A stretch of DNA of 64,000 nucleotides from an uncultured Alphaproteobacteria bacterium (GCA_902464275.1 CABQIK010000002.1:80485-144484); one strand, 5' to 3'; positions 16,654-26,419 are shown, numbered from the stretch's first letter. The notes: generated from the sequence alone by a model not told the origin. Made by a program: numbers and translations.

Positions 16654-19600
16654 ATGAATTTTGACTATATTTGTAATCTTAATTTACCGACAGATGAGTA
16701 TGTTTCTGCTTTACAAGATTGGTTTATGAAACAAACTAAAAAGTATTTAAACATAGAAAACCCAACGACATTTAACGAAAAAATACAATGGTTAAAACTT
16801 TACGATTCAACACCATTAAAAGCTCAAACTACAGACAAATACCTCGTAAGAGATTGGGTTAAGAAAAAAATTGGTGAAGAATATCTTATTCCTTTACTAG
16901 GAGTATATAATAGTTTCGATGAGATCGATTTTGATAGTCTTCCAAATAAGTTTGTTATAAAAACAAATCATAGTAGCGGTTGGAATTGTGTCGTGACTAA
17001 CAAGAAGAATATAAATATAGATGAATTACGAGCCAAATTTAATTTATGGCTAAATACTAATTTTGCATTTATGTTTGGCTTTGAACTCCACTATAAAGAT
17101 ATAAAACCAAAAATTATTATTGAAAAATTTATCCAAAATAAATCCGGTATACTCTATGATTACAAATTTTGGTGTTTTAATGGAGAGCCTAAATATATTC
17201 AATTCCGAGATGATTGGAAAGCTGATTTAAAGATGGCTTTTTTTGATACCGAATGGAATAAACAAGAATTTCATTACGACCATCCGTTATATGAAAAAGA
17301 TTTACCAAAACCAGATAATTTATCTGAAATGTTAGACATTGCAAAGAAGTTATGTAAAGGATTTATGTTTGTTTGTGTTGATTTATATCGTTTAGATAAT
17401 GGCAAAATTTATTTTGGAGAAATGACCTATACTCGTTCTTCGGGAATAGCAAATTGGCAACCTGAGGAATGGAACAAAAAACTTGGAGAAATGATTAAAT
17501 TACCAAAAAACAAAGAGGAAATTATGAAAAAATGTAACTACAAAATTACTTATGAACCGAAGATTTCCGTCATAATACCTGTATATAATGTAGAAAAATA
17601 TCTGCCGAGATGCTTGGATTCGGTTATAAATCAAACATTGAAAGATATTGAAATTATCTGCATAAATGATGAATCTCCTGATAAGTGCAATCAAATTTTG
17701 ACAGAATATGCAAAACAAGATAAACGTATTATTGTTTTAAACCAAAAAAACAGCGGACAAGGAAGTGCGCGTAATCGTGGCTTAGAAGTCGCAAAAGGCA
17801 AGTATATCCAATTTTTGGATTCAGACGATTTTTATCAACCAAATTGCTGTGAAGAAATGTATAATATTATGGAAAAATACTCTGATGTGGATGTTGCTTG
17901 CTTTGATACTAATATTATTTACGAATCTTTCGAGGATAAAAAAGAAGAAGATGCATCGTATTTTAAAATGAATTTTTCAGGAATACAAAAAAACAAACCA
18001 AGTATGATTAGAAAATTAGATTGCAATTGTTGGAATAAAATTTTTCGAAAATCTTTTATTGACGAGTATGGTTTACGTTTTCCAGAGAAATTACATTTTG
18101 AAGATGTTGCTTTTTATTGGTTTTGGTTATCAAAATCTAAAAAAATTTATTTTTACAATAAAAAACTCACTAATTATATAAGAAGAAAAGGAAGTTTTCT
18201 AGGCGAAATATACACAAAGTCTAGTACACATATTTTCGAGATGTTTCACGTTTATGAGCTGATTTATACCGATCTTATAAAAAATAAAAAATTTGATAAT
18301 TACAAAGAAATGTTCTTACAACAGTATCTCAACAATTTCCGTTGGTTAAGGAATTGTTTTTCACATAATGTTACCCAAGAAAAGAGAAAATTAATTGACA
18401 AATGTTCAGTTTTTCTACAAACATGTGACATTAATCATTTGGAACTTTCATCTAGCGATAAAAAGTGTTTCGATAATATTATTAGCAAAAACTACTATTA
18501 TTTTGATGCTTATAATAATCATGAAATCGAAGAAGCTTTTCCTGTTTTTCCAAAAGATAGTATCAATATAGTCTTTTCTACTGATAATAATTATATTCCG
18601 TATTTGGCGGTAGCCATTTCTTCTATTATCGAAAATAGTTCGCCGGAGAATAACTATGATATAATTATTTTATATCAAGCTGTTTATGAATATCAAAAAC
18701 GGTTTATTTTATCAATGGTTGAAAAACATCAAAATATTTCTATACGTTTCTTTGATATGACACAATATATTAAAAATTTTGGTCTAGACAAGCTGTGTAC
18801 ACTCAACCATATCACACTATCAGCTTATTTCCGTTTATTTGTAGGGCAAATCTTTACAGAGTATAAGAAAATTTTATATTTAGATTGTGATTTGATAGTT
18901 ACAACTGATATAGCTCAATTATATCACTTAGATATCGGCAATTATCCGATTGCAGCTGCATTAGATACAACCATTAGCCATTCTCTTGTCGTTGGAGGAT
19001 TAAATACCAATGCATGGACAGCTTTTAGAAAATATATGTCAGAAACACTGAATTTTACAAGCCAAACAAAATATTTCAACTCAGGCGTCATGATTATTGA
19101 CATTGAAAAATTTAATGAAATGGATTTAGATTATTTAATCGATTTAGCTCAACGCAACAATAAGTTTTTCCATGATCAAAATGTTTTGAACGCTGCATTT
19201 GAAGGTAATTATTTCGAATTGTCACCAACGTGGAATTTTCAGTGGAATATTAAATTCCATAGTACGGATTATAAGTACGTTTTGTCACCAGATCTTCTTG
19301 CTTTTTATGAAGATCCTAGTATTCAGGCTAACATTGTTCACTACACCTCTCATGAAAAGCCATGGAAAAATCCCCACCATACATTTGCCAATATTTGGTG
19401 GGAGTATGCACGAAAAACGCCTTTTTATGAAATTTTCTTGAAAGATTTAAATTGCAACAAAATGGTGGCATCAGCATCAGACATAAATAAATCTCTTCTG
19501 TTGCAGATTTTATCATATAAAAAAGATAAACGGCGTTATTACCGGTATAAAATTCTTTCCAAAATAACCTTTGGTAATATGCGTAAATATTATAAACAAA

Positions 19601-19665
19601 AAAGAAAAGAACTAAAAGCATATCTTAAAAATATAGAAAGAATTATGAGAAATGAACAATCTTGA
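16654..19665 (+). CDS. Three-domain fusion: TupA-like ATP-grasp + GT2 + GT8 glycosyltransferase
   Basis: 1003 aa. N-terminal PTTFNEKIQWLKLYD (TupA-like ATP-grasp). Central ISVIIPVYN / INDESPD / LDSDD (GT2). C-terminal FSTDNNY / YLDCDLIV / NSGVMII / HYTSHEKPW (GT8). Confidence 0.8.
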   Translation: MNFDYICNLNLPTDEYVSALQDWFMKQTKKYLNIENPTTFNEKIQWLKLYDSTPLKAQTTDKYLVRDWVKKKIGEEYLIPLLGVYNSFDEIDFDSLPNKFVIKTNHSSGWNCVVTNKKNINIDELRAKFNLWLNTNFAFMFGFELHYKDIKPKIIIEKFIQNKSGILYDYKFWCFNGEPKYIQFRDDWKADLKMAFFDTEWNKQEFHYDHPLYEKDLPKPDNLSEMLDIAKKLCKGFMFVCVDLYRLDNGKIYFGEMTYTRSSGIANWQPEEWNKKLGEMIKLPKNKEEIMKKCNYKITYEPKISVIIPVYNVEKYLPRCLDSVINQTLKDIEIICINDESPDKCNQILTEYAKQDKRIIVLNQKNSGQGSARNRGLEVAKGKYIQFLDSDDFYQPNCCEEMYNIMEKYSDVDVACFDTNIIYESFEDKKEEDASYFKMNFSGIQKNKPSMIRKLDCNCWNKIFRKSFIDEYGLRFPEKLHFEDVAFYWFWLSKSKKIYFYNKKLTNYIRRKGSFLGEIYTKSSTHIFEMFHVYELIYTDLIKNKKFDNYKEMFLQQYLNNFRWLRNCFSHNVTQEKRKLIDKCSVFLQTCDINHLELSSSDKKCFDNIISKNYYYFDAYNNHEIEEAFPVFPKDSINIVFSTDNNYIPYLAVAISSIIENSSPENNYDIIILYQAVYEYQKRFILSMVEKHQNISIRFFDMTQYIKNFGLDKLCTLNHITLSAYFRLFVGQIFTEYKKILYLDCDLIVTTDIAQLYHLDIGNYPIAAALDTTISHSLVVGGLNTNAWTAFRKYMSETLNFTSQTKYFNSGVMIIDIEKFNEMDLDYLIDLAQRNNKFFHDQNVLNAAFEGNYFELSPTWNFQWNIKFHSTDYKYVLSPDLLAFYEDPSIQANIVHYTSHEKPWKNPHHTFANIWWEYARKTPFYEIFLKDLNCNKMVASASDINKSLLLQILSYKKDKRRYYRYKILSKITFGNMRKYYKQKRKELKAYLKNIERIMRNEQS

Positions 19666-19740
19666 ATTATATTTTCTCACGCCAAAACTTTCGGCGGTGA
19701 CGGATTGTGATGCAACCACCCCGCCTTCGGCACTTCTTAA

Positions 19741-19861
19741 TAGGGTGAAGTTTTTGCATTGTGCCAATACAACTTATGCACAGCGCTGACTCGTAAATAT
19801 TGCAAAAAAAAAACGCGAGCTAAAATCTTCTCAAACGTAACAATTTGAGGAGATTTTAGCT
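19741..19861 (+). promoter_or_regulatory. Pilin-cassette copy 2 (full length: extended upstream block, A10, -10-like hexamer, SD-burying inverted repeat)
   Basis: TAGGGT..TTTTGCATTGTGCCAATACAACTTATGCACAGCGCTGACTCGTAAATATTGCA(10)CGCGAGCTAAAATCTTCTCAAA-loop-TTTGAGGAGATTTTAGCT, then ATG. Confidence 0.8.
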
Positions 19862-20464
19862 ATGAAATCAGAAAACGGGCGGTCTATGGTGGAAATGCTT
19901 GGCGTTTTAGCAATTATTGGTGTCTTATCGGTCGGCGCGATTGCCGGATACAGCAAGGCGATGATGAAATATCGGCTCAATAAGCAAGCGGACCAACTCA
20001 GCTGGTTATTAAACGTATTATACCGCTATAAAGATATGTTCGGACACAGTAAAGGCTACTTTGTGCCTTACTTAAAAACACTTAATGAAATTCCGCAAGA
20101 GATGATTAAAGCTAATGACAGCCATATTTATGATACTTTCGGATTTTTATACTACATAAATACCGATAACTGCACTGATGAATTTTGCAGAGCATCTACT
20201 CTTCTTATTCAGTCGCCGACTAATTACAAAAATTTTGATGTATGCCATAATATTTTTGAAACAGCCAAAGCCTTTTCTACGCAGCTTTATTATTTTAGTG
20301 CTTGGTCCGGTGAAGCGGGCGGGTTAGATTACCTTTATGGTGATACTTATTGTTCGTCCGTCCGTAAATGTTTAAAAGATTTATCCCAAAATGATATGTA
20401 TGAAATTTGTAAAAACTGTGCCGAAAAAAGCTGTAATTTTTATTTTAAGTATGAAATTAAATAA
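19862..20464 (+). CDS. Prepilin-type (class III signal peptide) pilin-like protein, paralogue 1
   Basis: 200 aa. MKSENG-RSMVEMLGVLAIIGVLSVGAIAGY has Gly-1 and Glu+5 followed by a hydrophobic helix. Conserved VCHNIFETAKA core and C-terminal Cys pairs. Confidence 0.8.
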   Translation: MKSENGRSMVEMLGVLAIIGVLSVGAIAGYSKAMMKYRLNKQADQLSWLLNVLYRYKDMFGHSKGYFVPYLKTLNEIPQEMIKANDSHIYDTFGFLYYINTDNCTDEFCRASTLLIQSPTNYKNFDVCHNIFETAKAFSTQLYYFSAWSGEAGGLDYLYGDTYCSSVRKCLKDLSQNDMYEICKNCAEKSCNFYFKYEIK

Positions 20465-20475
20465 CTAGGCATAAA

Positions 20476-20509
20476 AAACACCCGTGGCCATATAGACAAA
20501 CGGGTGTTT
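20476..20509. terminator. Bidirectional hairpin terminator between convergent genes
   Basis: AAACACCCG ... CGGGTGTTT (9-bp stem, 16-nt loop). A/T runs on both sides. Confidence 0.6.
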
Positions 20510-20531
20510 CTGTTTTACAAATGCCAAGCCA

Positions 20532-21062
20532 TCAGCTGAGCGGGCCTTTTGGATTGTTCCAAATCGGGTACGCATAAGGTATTTCTGCCTTTGGTAGTTC
20601 CGGTTCTTCATAATCTTCGGGCTGTTCCGGCTCTTCAACCTCTTCTGACTCAGACTCTTCATCCGGTTCATGACACTGGGCAATAATTTCCATGATTTCA
20701 GGCATGGTAGCGGTGCCTTCCTGGTCATTAGTGAATGCGCTTTCTATATTGCTTTCTTTGTCAGAGGCCTTGTCAATAGCCTGACGCAAGGCAACATAGC
20801 CATCCATTTCATCCAGCAGATTAATCGCCTTAAAGCTTGTGTCATAATGCTCAATGAGAGCATCCAAACCTTTATTAAGCGCCCAAGGACCCAGTTTGGT
20901 TTGCCATTTACGTAAGATGTAATACATCTCGCAAATACCACAAACACTGGTCTGCTCATAGCCTAAAAATATTCCTATGCCAAGCGCAAGCGCTTTGTCG
21001 GCACGTTGTTCTGCTTCCTTCAACTTTTGAATTTGCAGTTTTTTTATATCTTCCATATCCAT
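20532..21062 (-). CDS. Hypothetical protein with acidic C-terminal tail
   Basis: 176-aa ORF with tail EPDEESESEEVEEPEQPEDYEEPE. No recognised domain. Confidence 0.55.
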   Translation of the reverse strand: MDMEDIKKLQIQKLKEAEQRADKALALGIGIFLGYEQTSVCGICEMYYILRKWQTKLGPWALNKGLDALIEHYDTSFKAINLLDEMDGYVALRQAIDKASDKESNIESAFTNDQEGTATMPEIMEIIAQCHEPDEESESEEVEEPEQPEDYEEPELPKAEIPYAYPIWNNPKGPLS

Positions 21063-21194
21063 AAAAATTTTGATTTAGACAAAAAATACCGCAAAATGAG
21101 ACAATAAGCAAGTAAAAAATGAAAAATTTTGCATTTTATGGTTTTATTTTGCAAAATAACCGCTATTATCTTGCTTAAAGGAGTTATCGCAAGT

Positions 21195-23174
21195 ATGCAG
21201 GAATTTAAAATAGTCAGCCCGTTTGAGCCGTCCGGCGACCAACCGGAAGCGATTAAAGAACTATGCGAAGGCTTAAAGCGCGGCGACCGCTCGCAAGTGC
21301 TGCTCGGCGTTACCGGCTCGGGCAAAACCTTTACCATGGCTAAAATTATTGAGCAATCAAAGCGCCCTGCCCTGATTATGGCGCCCAACAAAATTTTGGC
21401 GGCGCAGTTATACTCTGAAATGAAAGAATTTTTTCCTAATAACCGCGTGGAATATTTTGTTTCATACTACGATTACTATCAGCCGGAAGCTTATATTCCC
21501 AAAACCGACACCTATATTGAAAAAGACTCCGCGATTAATGAACAAATTGACCGTATGCGGCACGGCGCAACCCGCAATGTGTTAGAAGAAAACGATGTTA
21601 TTATCGTGGCCTCGGTTTCATGTATTTACGGTTTGGGCAGCATGGAGTCATACTCATCAATGGCGTTCGGCTTAAAAGTCGGCGATGTGCTTGACCCGCA
21701 GGATATTTACCGCAATTTGGCGGAACTGCAATATGAGCGCAATCAAATAAATTTTGTGCGCAGCACCTTCCGCGTCAACGGCGATACCTTAGATATTTTT
21801 CCGGCGCACTATGAAGACCGCGCGTGGCGGATTTCATTTTTCGGCGATGAAATTGAAAGCATCAGCGAAATTGACTCGCTTACCGGCAAAAAGACTGCCG
21901 AACTGAGCGAAATTACCGTTTATCCTGCCAATCACTATGTTACTCCGCGTCCGGCGCTTTCGCAGGCGATTACGCACATTCGTGAAGATTTGGGAATAAG
22001 ACTGCAGGAGCTTAAAGCCGAAAACAAACTTTTGGAAGCGCAGCGTTTAGAGCAGCGCACCCGTTTTGATTTGGAAATGCTTGAAAGCACCGGTCACTGC
22101 AAAGGCATTGAAAACTACTCGCGCTATTTAACCGGCCGCGCTCCGGGAGAACCGCCGCCGACTTTGTTTGAATATTTGCCGAAAAACGCGCTGTTGTTTG
22201 TTGACGAGAGCCATATTTCCGTGCCGCAAATCGGAGCAATGTTCCGCGGCGACTTTAACCGTAAAAGCACGCTGGCCGATTACGGCTTCCGTTTACCATC
22301 ATGTATTGACAACCGCCCGCTCAAGTTTGAAGAATGGGACCGCATGCGTCCGCAAAGTATTTTTGTTTCCGCCACCCCCGGCGATTGGGAGCTTGAGCAA
22401 AGCAAAGGCGTATTTGCCGAACAGGTAATTCGCCCGACCGGTTTAACCGACCCGATGTGTTTGGTGCGTCCGGTTGAAAACCAAATTGATGACTTAATGA
22501 ACGAGTGTAAAAAGACCGCCGCCAACGGCGAGCGGGTGTTGGTTACTACCTTAACCAAAAAAATGGCGGAAGATTTAACCGAATACCTCAAAGATAACGG
22601 CTTAAAAGTGCGTTATCTGCACTCGGATATTGACACCTTAGAGCGTATTGAAATTATCCGCGACCTGCGCTTGGGCGTATTTGATGTTTTGGTTGGCATT
22701 AACTTGTTGCGCGAAGGTTTGGATATTCCGGAATGTTCGTTGGTGGCAATTTTGGACGCCGACAAAGAAGGGTTTTTGCGCTCCACCCGCTCTTTAATTC
22801 AGACTATCGGGCGCGCGGCGCGCAATGCGCACGGGCGCGTAATTTTATATGCCGACAAAATCACCGGCTCCATTAAAGCTGCGCTTGATGAAACCAACCG
22901 CCGCCGCGAAAAACAAATCAAGTATAATATTGAACACGGCATTACCCCGCAAACCATTAAAAAGAGCATTTCTTCCACCTTAAAAGAAATGACTGAAACC
23001 GACTTTGTAAAAGATGATGCGGCAAGTAAAGAAGATGTTAAAAATATTGAAAAGAAAATTAAAGAATACACCAAATTAATGAAAGAAGCCGCGCTCAATC
23101 TGGAATTTGAACAAGCGGTTATCTACCGTGACAAGCTCAAAGAGCTTGAAGCATTAGCCATTAAAAATTTATAG
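21195..23174 (+). CDS. uvrB: Excinuclease ABC subunit B
   Basis: [28 protein letters not shown] Walker A, helicase motifs and a C-terminal UVR domain. ATG 21195 with RBS AAAGGAG is preferred over 21129. Confidence 0.95.
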   Translation: MQEFKIVSPFEPSGDQPEAIKELCEGLKRGDRSQVLLGVTGSGKTFTMAKIIEQSKRPALIMAPNKILAAQLYSEMKEFFPNNRVEYFVSYYDYYQPEAYIPKTDTYIEKDSAINEQIDRMRHGATRNVLEENDVIIVASVSCIYGLGSMESYSSMAFGLKVGDVLDPQDIYRNLAELQYERNQINFVRSTFRVNGDTLDIFPAHYEDRAWRISFFGDEIESISEIDSLTGKKTAELSEITVYPANHYVTPRPALSQAITHIREDLGIRLQELKAENKLLEAQRLEQRTRFDLEMLESTGHCKGIENYSRYLTGRAPGEPPPTLFEYLPKNALLFVDESHISVPQIGAMFRGDFNRKSTLADYGFRLPSCIDNRPLKFEEWDRMRPQSIFVSATPGDWELEQSKGVFAEQVIRPTGLTDPMCLVRPVENQIDDLMNECKKTAANGERVLVTTLTKKMAEDLTEYLKDNGLKVRYLHSDIDTLERIEIIRDLRLGVFDVLVGINLLREGLDIPECSLVAILDADKEGFLRSTRSLIQTIGRAARNAHGRVILYADKITGSIKAALDETNRRREKQIKYNIEHGITPQTIKKSISSTLKEMTETDFVKDDAASKEDVKNIEKKIKEYTKLMKEAALNLEFEQAVIYRDKLKELEALAIKNL

Positions 23175-23301
23175 TTTAAAAAACAATCACTTAAATTCTT
23201 ATTGTACAGCCTTGCCTAAGGTGTATTAATTTTAATCTTGACTTTTGAAAAATAATATATTAAATATCATACTGTAATAACAATATTAACAGGAGTCTAC
23301 T

Positions 23302-24363
23302 ATGAATAATATGAATAATCTTGCTTTACAGCAAAGAAAACGCCTTACAACCACTGCTAAAAAGTGGCTCGGCAACAGCTACCGTCCTAATTCGCTATAT
23401 CCTCAAAGAGATACGAAATTCTATTTGGGTGAAAAATATATTCCGTATGATTCATCTATAGAAACGGAAGATAGCTCTAATAACAAACTGTATAATGAAA
23501 TCATGAGTAATCCAAACCCGGATTACTCTTTAGATGACAATAAATCAAAAAATACCGAAAACCCATTTTCAAACAATCCGCTTAGTATTAATCCTAAGCC
23601 GACACAAAATATGTGGAACAAACTCAGCAATCCAAATTCTGAAAATGAATTTCAAAACAAATGTGTTGATTTCGGTACGCAAGAAACAATTAATACAAAC
23701 CCTTATTTCAAAAACAATAACACTAACGTAAATTCATTAAATGACTTATCTTCTTATGATAACCATTTAAGCGAACGGGAAAGAAGAGCCGCTATTGTAA
23801 ATGACCAACCTCTTAGATTAAAATTAGCCCCAAGCACAGAAACAGAAGTTATTTGGCCAGAAAAACACACGATTCCTTTTTTGGGTAAATTGTATGTAAA
23901 TAAATATAACAATTTGATAGAAGAGGCTGCTCAAAAATATGACATAGACCCCGATTTATTAAAAGCAACAATGTTTACTGAAATGAGTACAGGACATAAA
24001 TTTGGTTTAAATAACCTTGCAGATATACTTCACCGCTCCGATTCACAAAGCCCAATGAACATAAATGGTAAATTATGGGGTAATATTGGCAACCAACATT
24101 ATAACACGTATGAACCAGAGCAAAATATTGAAGCTGCCGCAAATTTACTTAAGCATCTGCAACAAGCAGTGCCAAATCCTAATGATTATGCGGCAATCGG
24201 CTCATTGTGGCATAATTTAAGCACTGATAAATTAGATTATATCGGACTTAGAATACATGATGCTTATATGCGAAAATTGTGGGAAAAAAGTGCCACTTCA
24301 AAAACACTACCTAAGAATATTTATAATTATATTTTTAATACTTTATTTGGTCATTATTATTAG
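23302..24363 (+). CDS. Lytic-transglycosylase (SLT family 1)-like protein with Asn/Pro-rich N-terminal half
   Basis: 353 aa with no obvious signal peptide. The C-terminal half shows SLT motif order: YNNLIEEAAQKYDIDPDLLKATMFTEMS (E-S), PMNIN, NIEAAANLL, AIGSLWHN. TTGACT -35 at 23239-23244. AT-rich. Confidence 0.6.
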   Translation: MNNMNNLALQQRKRLTTTAKKWLGNSYRPNSLYPQRDTKFYLGEKYIPYDSSIETEDSSNNKLYNEIMSNPNPDYSLDDNKSKNTENPFSNNPLSINPKPTQNMWNKLSNPNSENEFQNKCVDFGTQETINTNPYFKNNNTNVNSLNDLSSYDNHLSERERRAAIVNDQPLRLKLAPSTETEVIWPEKHTIPFLGKLYVNKYNNLIEEAAQKYDIDPDLLKATMFTEMSTGHKFGLNNLADILHRSDSQSPMNINGKLWGNIGNQHYNTYEPEQNIEAAANLLKHLQQAVPNPNDYAAIGSLWHNLSTDKLDYIGLRIHDAYMRKLWEKSATSKTLPKNIYNYIFNTLFGHYY

Positions 24364-24544
24364 TAATTTAGTATAATCTCGGATTAATTTTTATTAGATA
24401 TTGTTGAAATATATAATAAAAACTCATAAAATCCATAAAAATATATTTAGTATTCATAAAACTTCTTAAGGTCTAAATTAAATATTGATTTAGACCTTAA
24501 GTTGTGATATGGATAATTAACAACAATTTATAAAGGACTTTAAG

Positions 24545-25237
24545 ATGACAGAAAAAAATACAGCAGAGATTAAAAAAACTGATATTAAAGCCAGCTGCTT
24601 AAAAACACTCAAGAAATTTACAGCCTTCTTAAAAGCGGATATTAAAGGCAGCGATTTCAAAACGCTCAAAGGTCTTATAACCGCTTTACGTTATTTGTTG
24701 TATATCGTGCTTTATGCTAAATTTTTGTATATGATGAATATTTTAACTCATGACACATTGGATACAGATTTTTATGAGGCGTGTGTTCCTGTCGGCTTTT
24801 TTAACATTTATTCGGCGGAACCTGTTACCTATTTTACCATTTTCAGCTTTTTAGAAAGCTACGCGCATGTAAATCTTGCCGGAGATATGCATTTATGCCT
24901 GCCAAGCGCGTATTATTTTGTGGTTTTGGCATGGTATTTTCTTTTGTTTTATACCGCATTTAAAATCTTGTCATTTTGCGTATTGTGGAAAAAATTACCT
25001 TGGAAGTATGTAATTTTAGAAATTTGCGGATTGATAATTTGTCTTTCATATCATGACTTTATGGTTTTAATTCAATATGGAAGATACGGCTTAATTCCGT
25101 TTTACCTGCTCGGGACTATAATTTGCACATTTTATATGTGGGTATTTTTACTGATAGGTTGGGCGATATTAAAATTCATCGGTTATATATATCATTTGCT
25201 TGTAGCACCGCTGATCAGCCGGCTTAGAAGTAAATAG
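24545..25237 (+). CDS. Polytopic membrane protein, tandem paralogue A
   Basis: 230 aa with ~5 hydrophobic segments. The C-terminal 44 aa are identical to paralogue B. Confidence 0.7.
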   Translation: MTEKNTAEIKKTDIKASCLKTLKKFTAFLKADIKGSDFKTLKGLITALRYLLYIVLYAKFLYMMNILTHDTLDTDFYEACVPVGFFNIYSAEPVTYFTIFSFLESYAHVNLAGDMHLCLPSAYYFVVLAWYFLLFYTAFKILSFCVLWKKLPWKYVILEICGLIICLSYHDFMVLIQYGRYGLIPFYLLGTIICTFYMWVFLLIGWAILKFIGYIYHLLVAPLISRLRSK

Positions 25238-25275
25238 TATTATCATACTTAGCACAGTTTATAAATGGTTTTAAA

Positions 25276-25842
25276 ATGACAGAAGAAAACAAAGATAATA
25301 ACAGATTAAAAACGCGCCAAGAGTTTATAACCGTTTTACATTATTTATTGTATATCGTGCTTTACGGCGCTTTTGTGTATATAATATTAAGTTTAAATCA
25401 TGACGATTTTATAGATTGGCATGCGACGTGTACTTCTGTCGGCAGTTTTAACATTAATTCAGCAGACCCAATCACCGACTTTACCATTTTCAGTTTTTTA
25501 GATAACACTGCAAACTTAAATTTCGCAGGAGAGATACATTTATGCTTACCGAAAATGTTCGGATTTATGCTTTTAGTTTGGTATTTTTTTGTATTGTATA
25601 TGATATTTAAAACCTTATCATTTTCTATGTTGCCACCCCAAAAGCGGCGAATGTTTGACATTTTAGAAATTTGCGGATTGATAATTTGTCTTTCGTATCA
25701 TGATTTTATGGTTTTAATTCAATACGGAAGATACGGTTTAATTCCGTTTTATCTGCTCGGGACTATAATTTGCACTTTTTATATGTGGGTAATAATGCTG
25801 TTAAGGTGGATAATATTTAAATTGTTTGCCAAACACTATTGA
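25276..25842 (+). CDS. Polytopic membrane protein, tandem paralogue B
   Basis: 188 aa. Shares YLLYIVLY... and ILEICGLIICLSYHDFMVLIQYGRYGLIPFYLLGTIICTFYMWV with paralogue A. Confidence 0.7.
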   Translation: MTEENKDNNRLKTRQEFITVLHYLLYIVLYGAFVYIILSLNHDDFIDWHATCTSVGSFNINSADPITDFTIFSFLDNTANLNFAGEIHLCLPKMFGFMLLVWYFFVLYMIFKTLSFSMLPPQKRRMFDILEICGLIICLSYHDFMVLIQYGRYGLIPFYLLGTIICTFYMWVIMLLRWIIFKLFAKHY

Positions 25843-25863
25843 TTATCAGATTTAACGCTAACA

Positions 25864-25897
25864 AAAACTCCGCCGACCAAAGCCGACGGAGTTTTTT
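25864..25897. terminator. Bidirectional terminator between paralogue B and rplI
   Basis: AAAACTCCG ... CGGAGTTTT stem with A/T runs on both sides. Confidence 0.6.
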
Positions 25898-25918
25898 ATT
25901 TTTGCCATAAATCAGGCA

Positions 25919-26404
25919 TTATTCCTGACTGAAAGCTTTTTCCTGCTTAGCAGCTTCATCAGCGGTTCTGGCAACGTTTACCAAAATGGTCTGTGAAACT
26001 TCAGGGTGCAGGTTAAGTTTTACTTGATAAATACCTAAATCTTTAATCGGTTTTTCAAGGAAAACATAACGGCGTTCAACGTCAAAGCCGGCTTCGTTAA
26101 TTGCAGCGGCAATGTCACGAATGGTAACAGAACCGTACAACTGACCGGTTTCAGCGGCTTGACGAATAAGAACAGCCTTAAAGCCTTTAAGAGCTTCGGC
26201 TTTTTCTGAAGCTTTTTCAAACAATGCTTTGTTGTGAGCTTCAAGCTCGGCTTTTTGCTTTTCAAAGAAAGCAACGTTAGCTTCGGTAGCACGCAAAGCT
26301 TTGTTTTGCGGCAACAGGTAGTTACGAGCGTAACCGTTTTTAACGTTTACTTTGTCGCCCATTTTACCTAATTTTTCAACGTGTTCAAGAAGAATGACTT
26401 CCAT
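25919..26404 (-). CDS. rplI: 50S ribosomal protein L9
   Basis: MEVILLEHVEKLGKMGDKVNVKNGYARNYLLP. Lies in the rpsF-rpsR-rplI operon order. Confidence 0.95.
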   Translation of the reverse strand: MEVILLEHVEKLGKMGDKVNVKNGYARNYLLPQNKALRATEANVAFFEKQKAELEAHNKALFEKASEKAEALKGFKAVLIRQAAETGQLYGSVTIRDIAAAINEAGFDVERRYVFLEKPIKDLGIYQVKLNLHPEVSQTILVNVARTADEAAKQEKAFSQE

Positions 26405-26419
26405 ATTTTCACCCTCCCC

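Noticed and set aside
19753-19772. Sigma-54 (-24/-12) promoter in the pilin cassette, as found for many type IV pilin genes
   Set aside because: The plus strand has no TGGCAC-N5-TTGC with correct spacing: TGCAC and TTGCA are ~23 nt apart and the GG is missing. The minus-strand TGGCAC (from GTGCCA) is followed by TGC too closely, points away from the gene, and is present only in copies 2 and 3.
21044-21391. 115-aa minus-strand ORF and the extended uvrB start at 21129
   Set aside because: The conserved UvrB N-terminus begins at [17 protein letters not shown] (21195), which has a good AAAGGAG RBS. The upstream extension and the antisense ORF cover the promoter region only.
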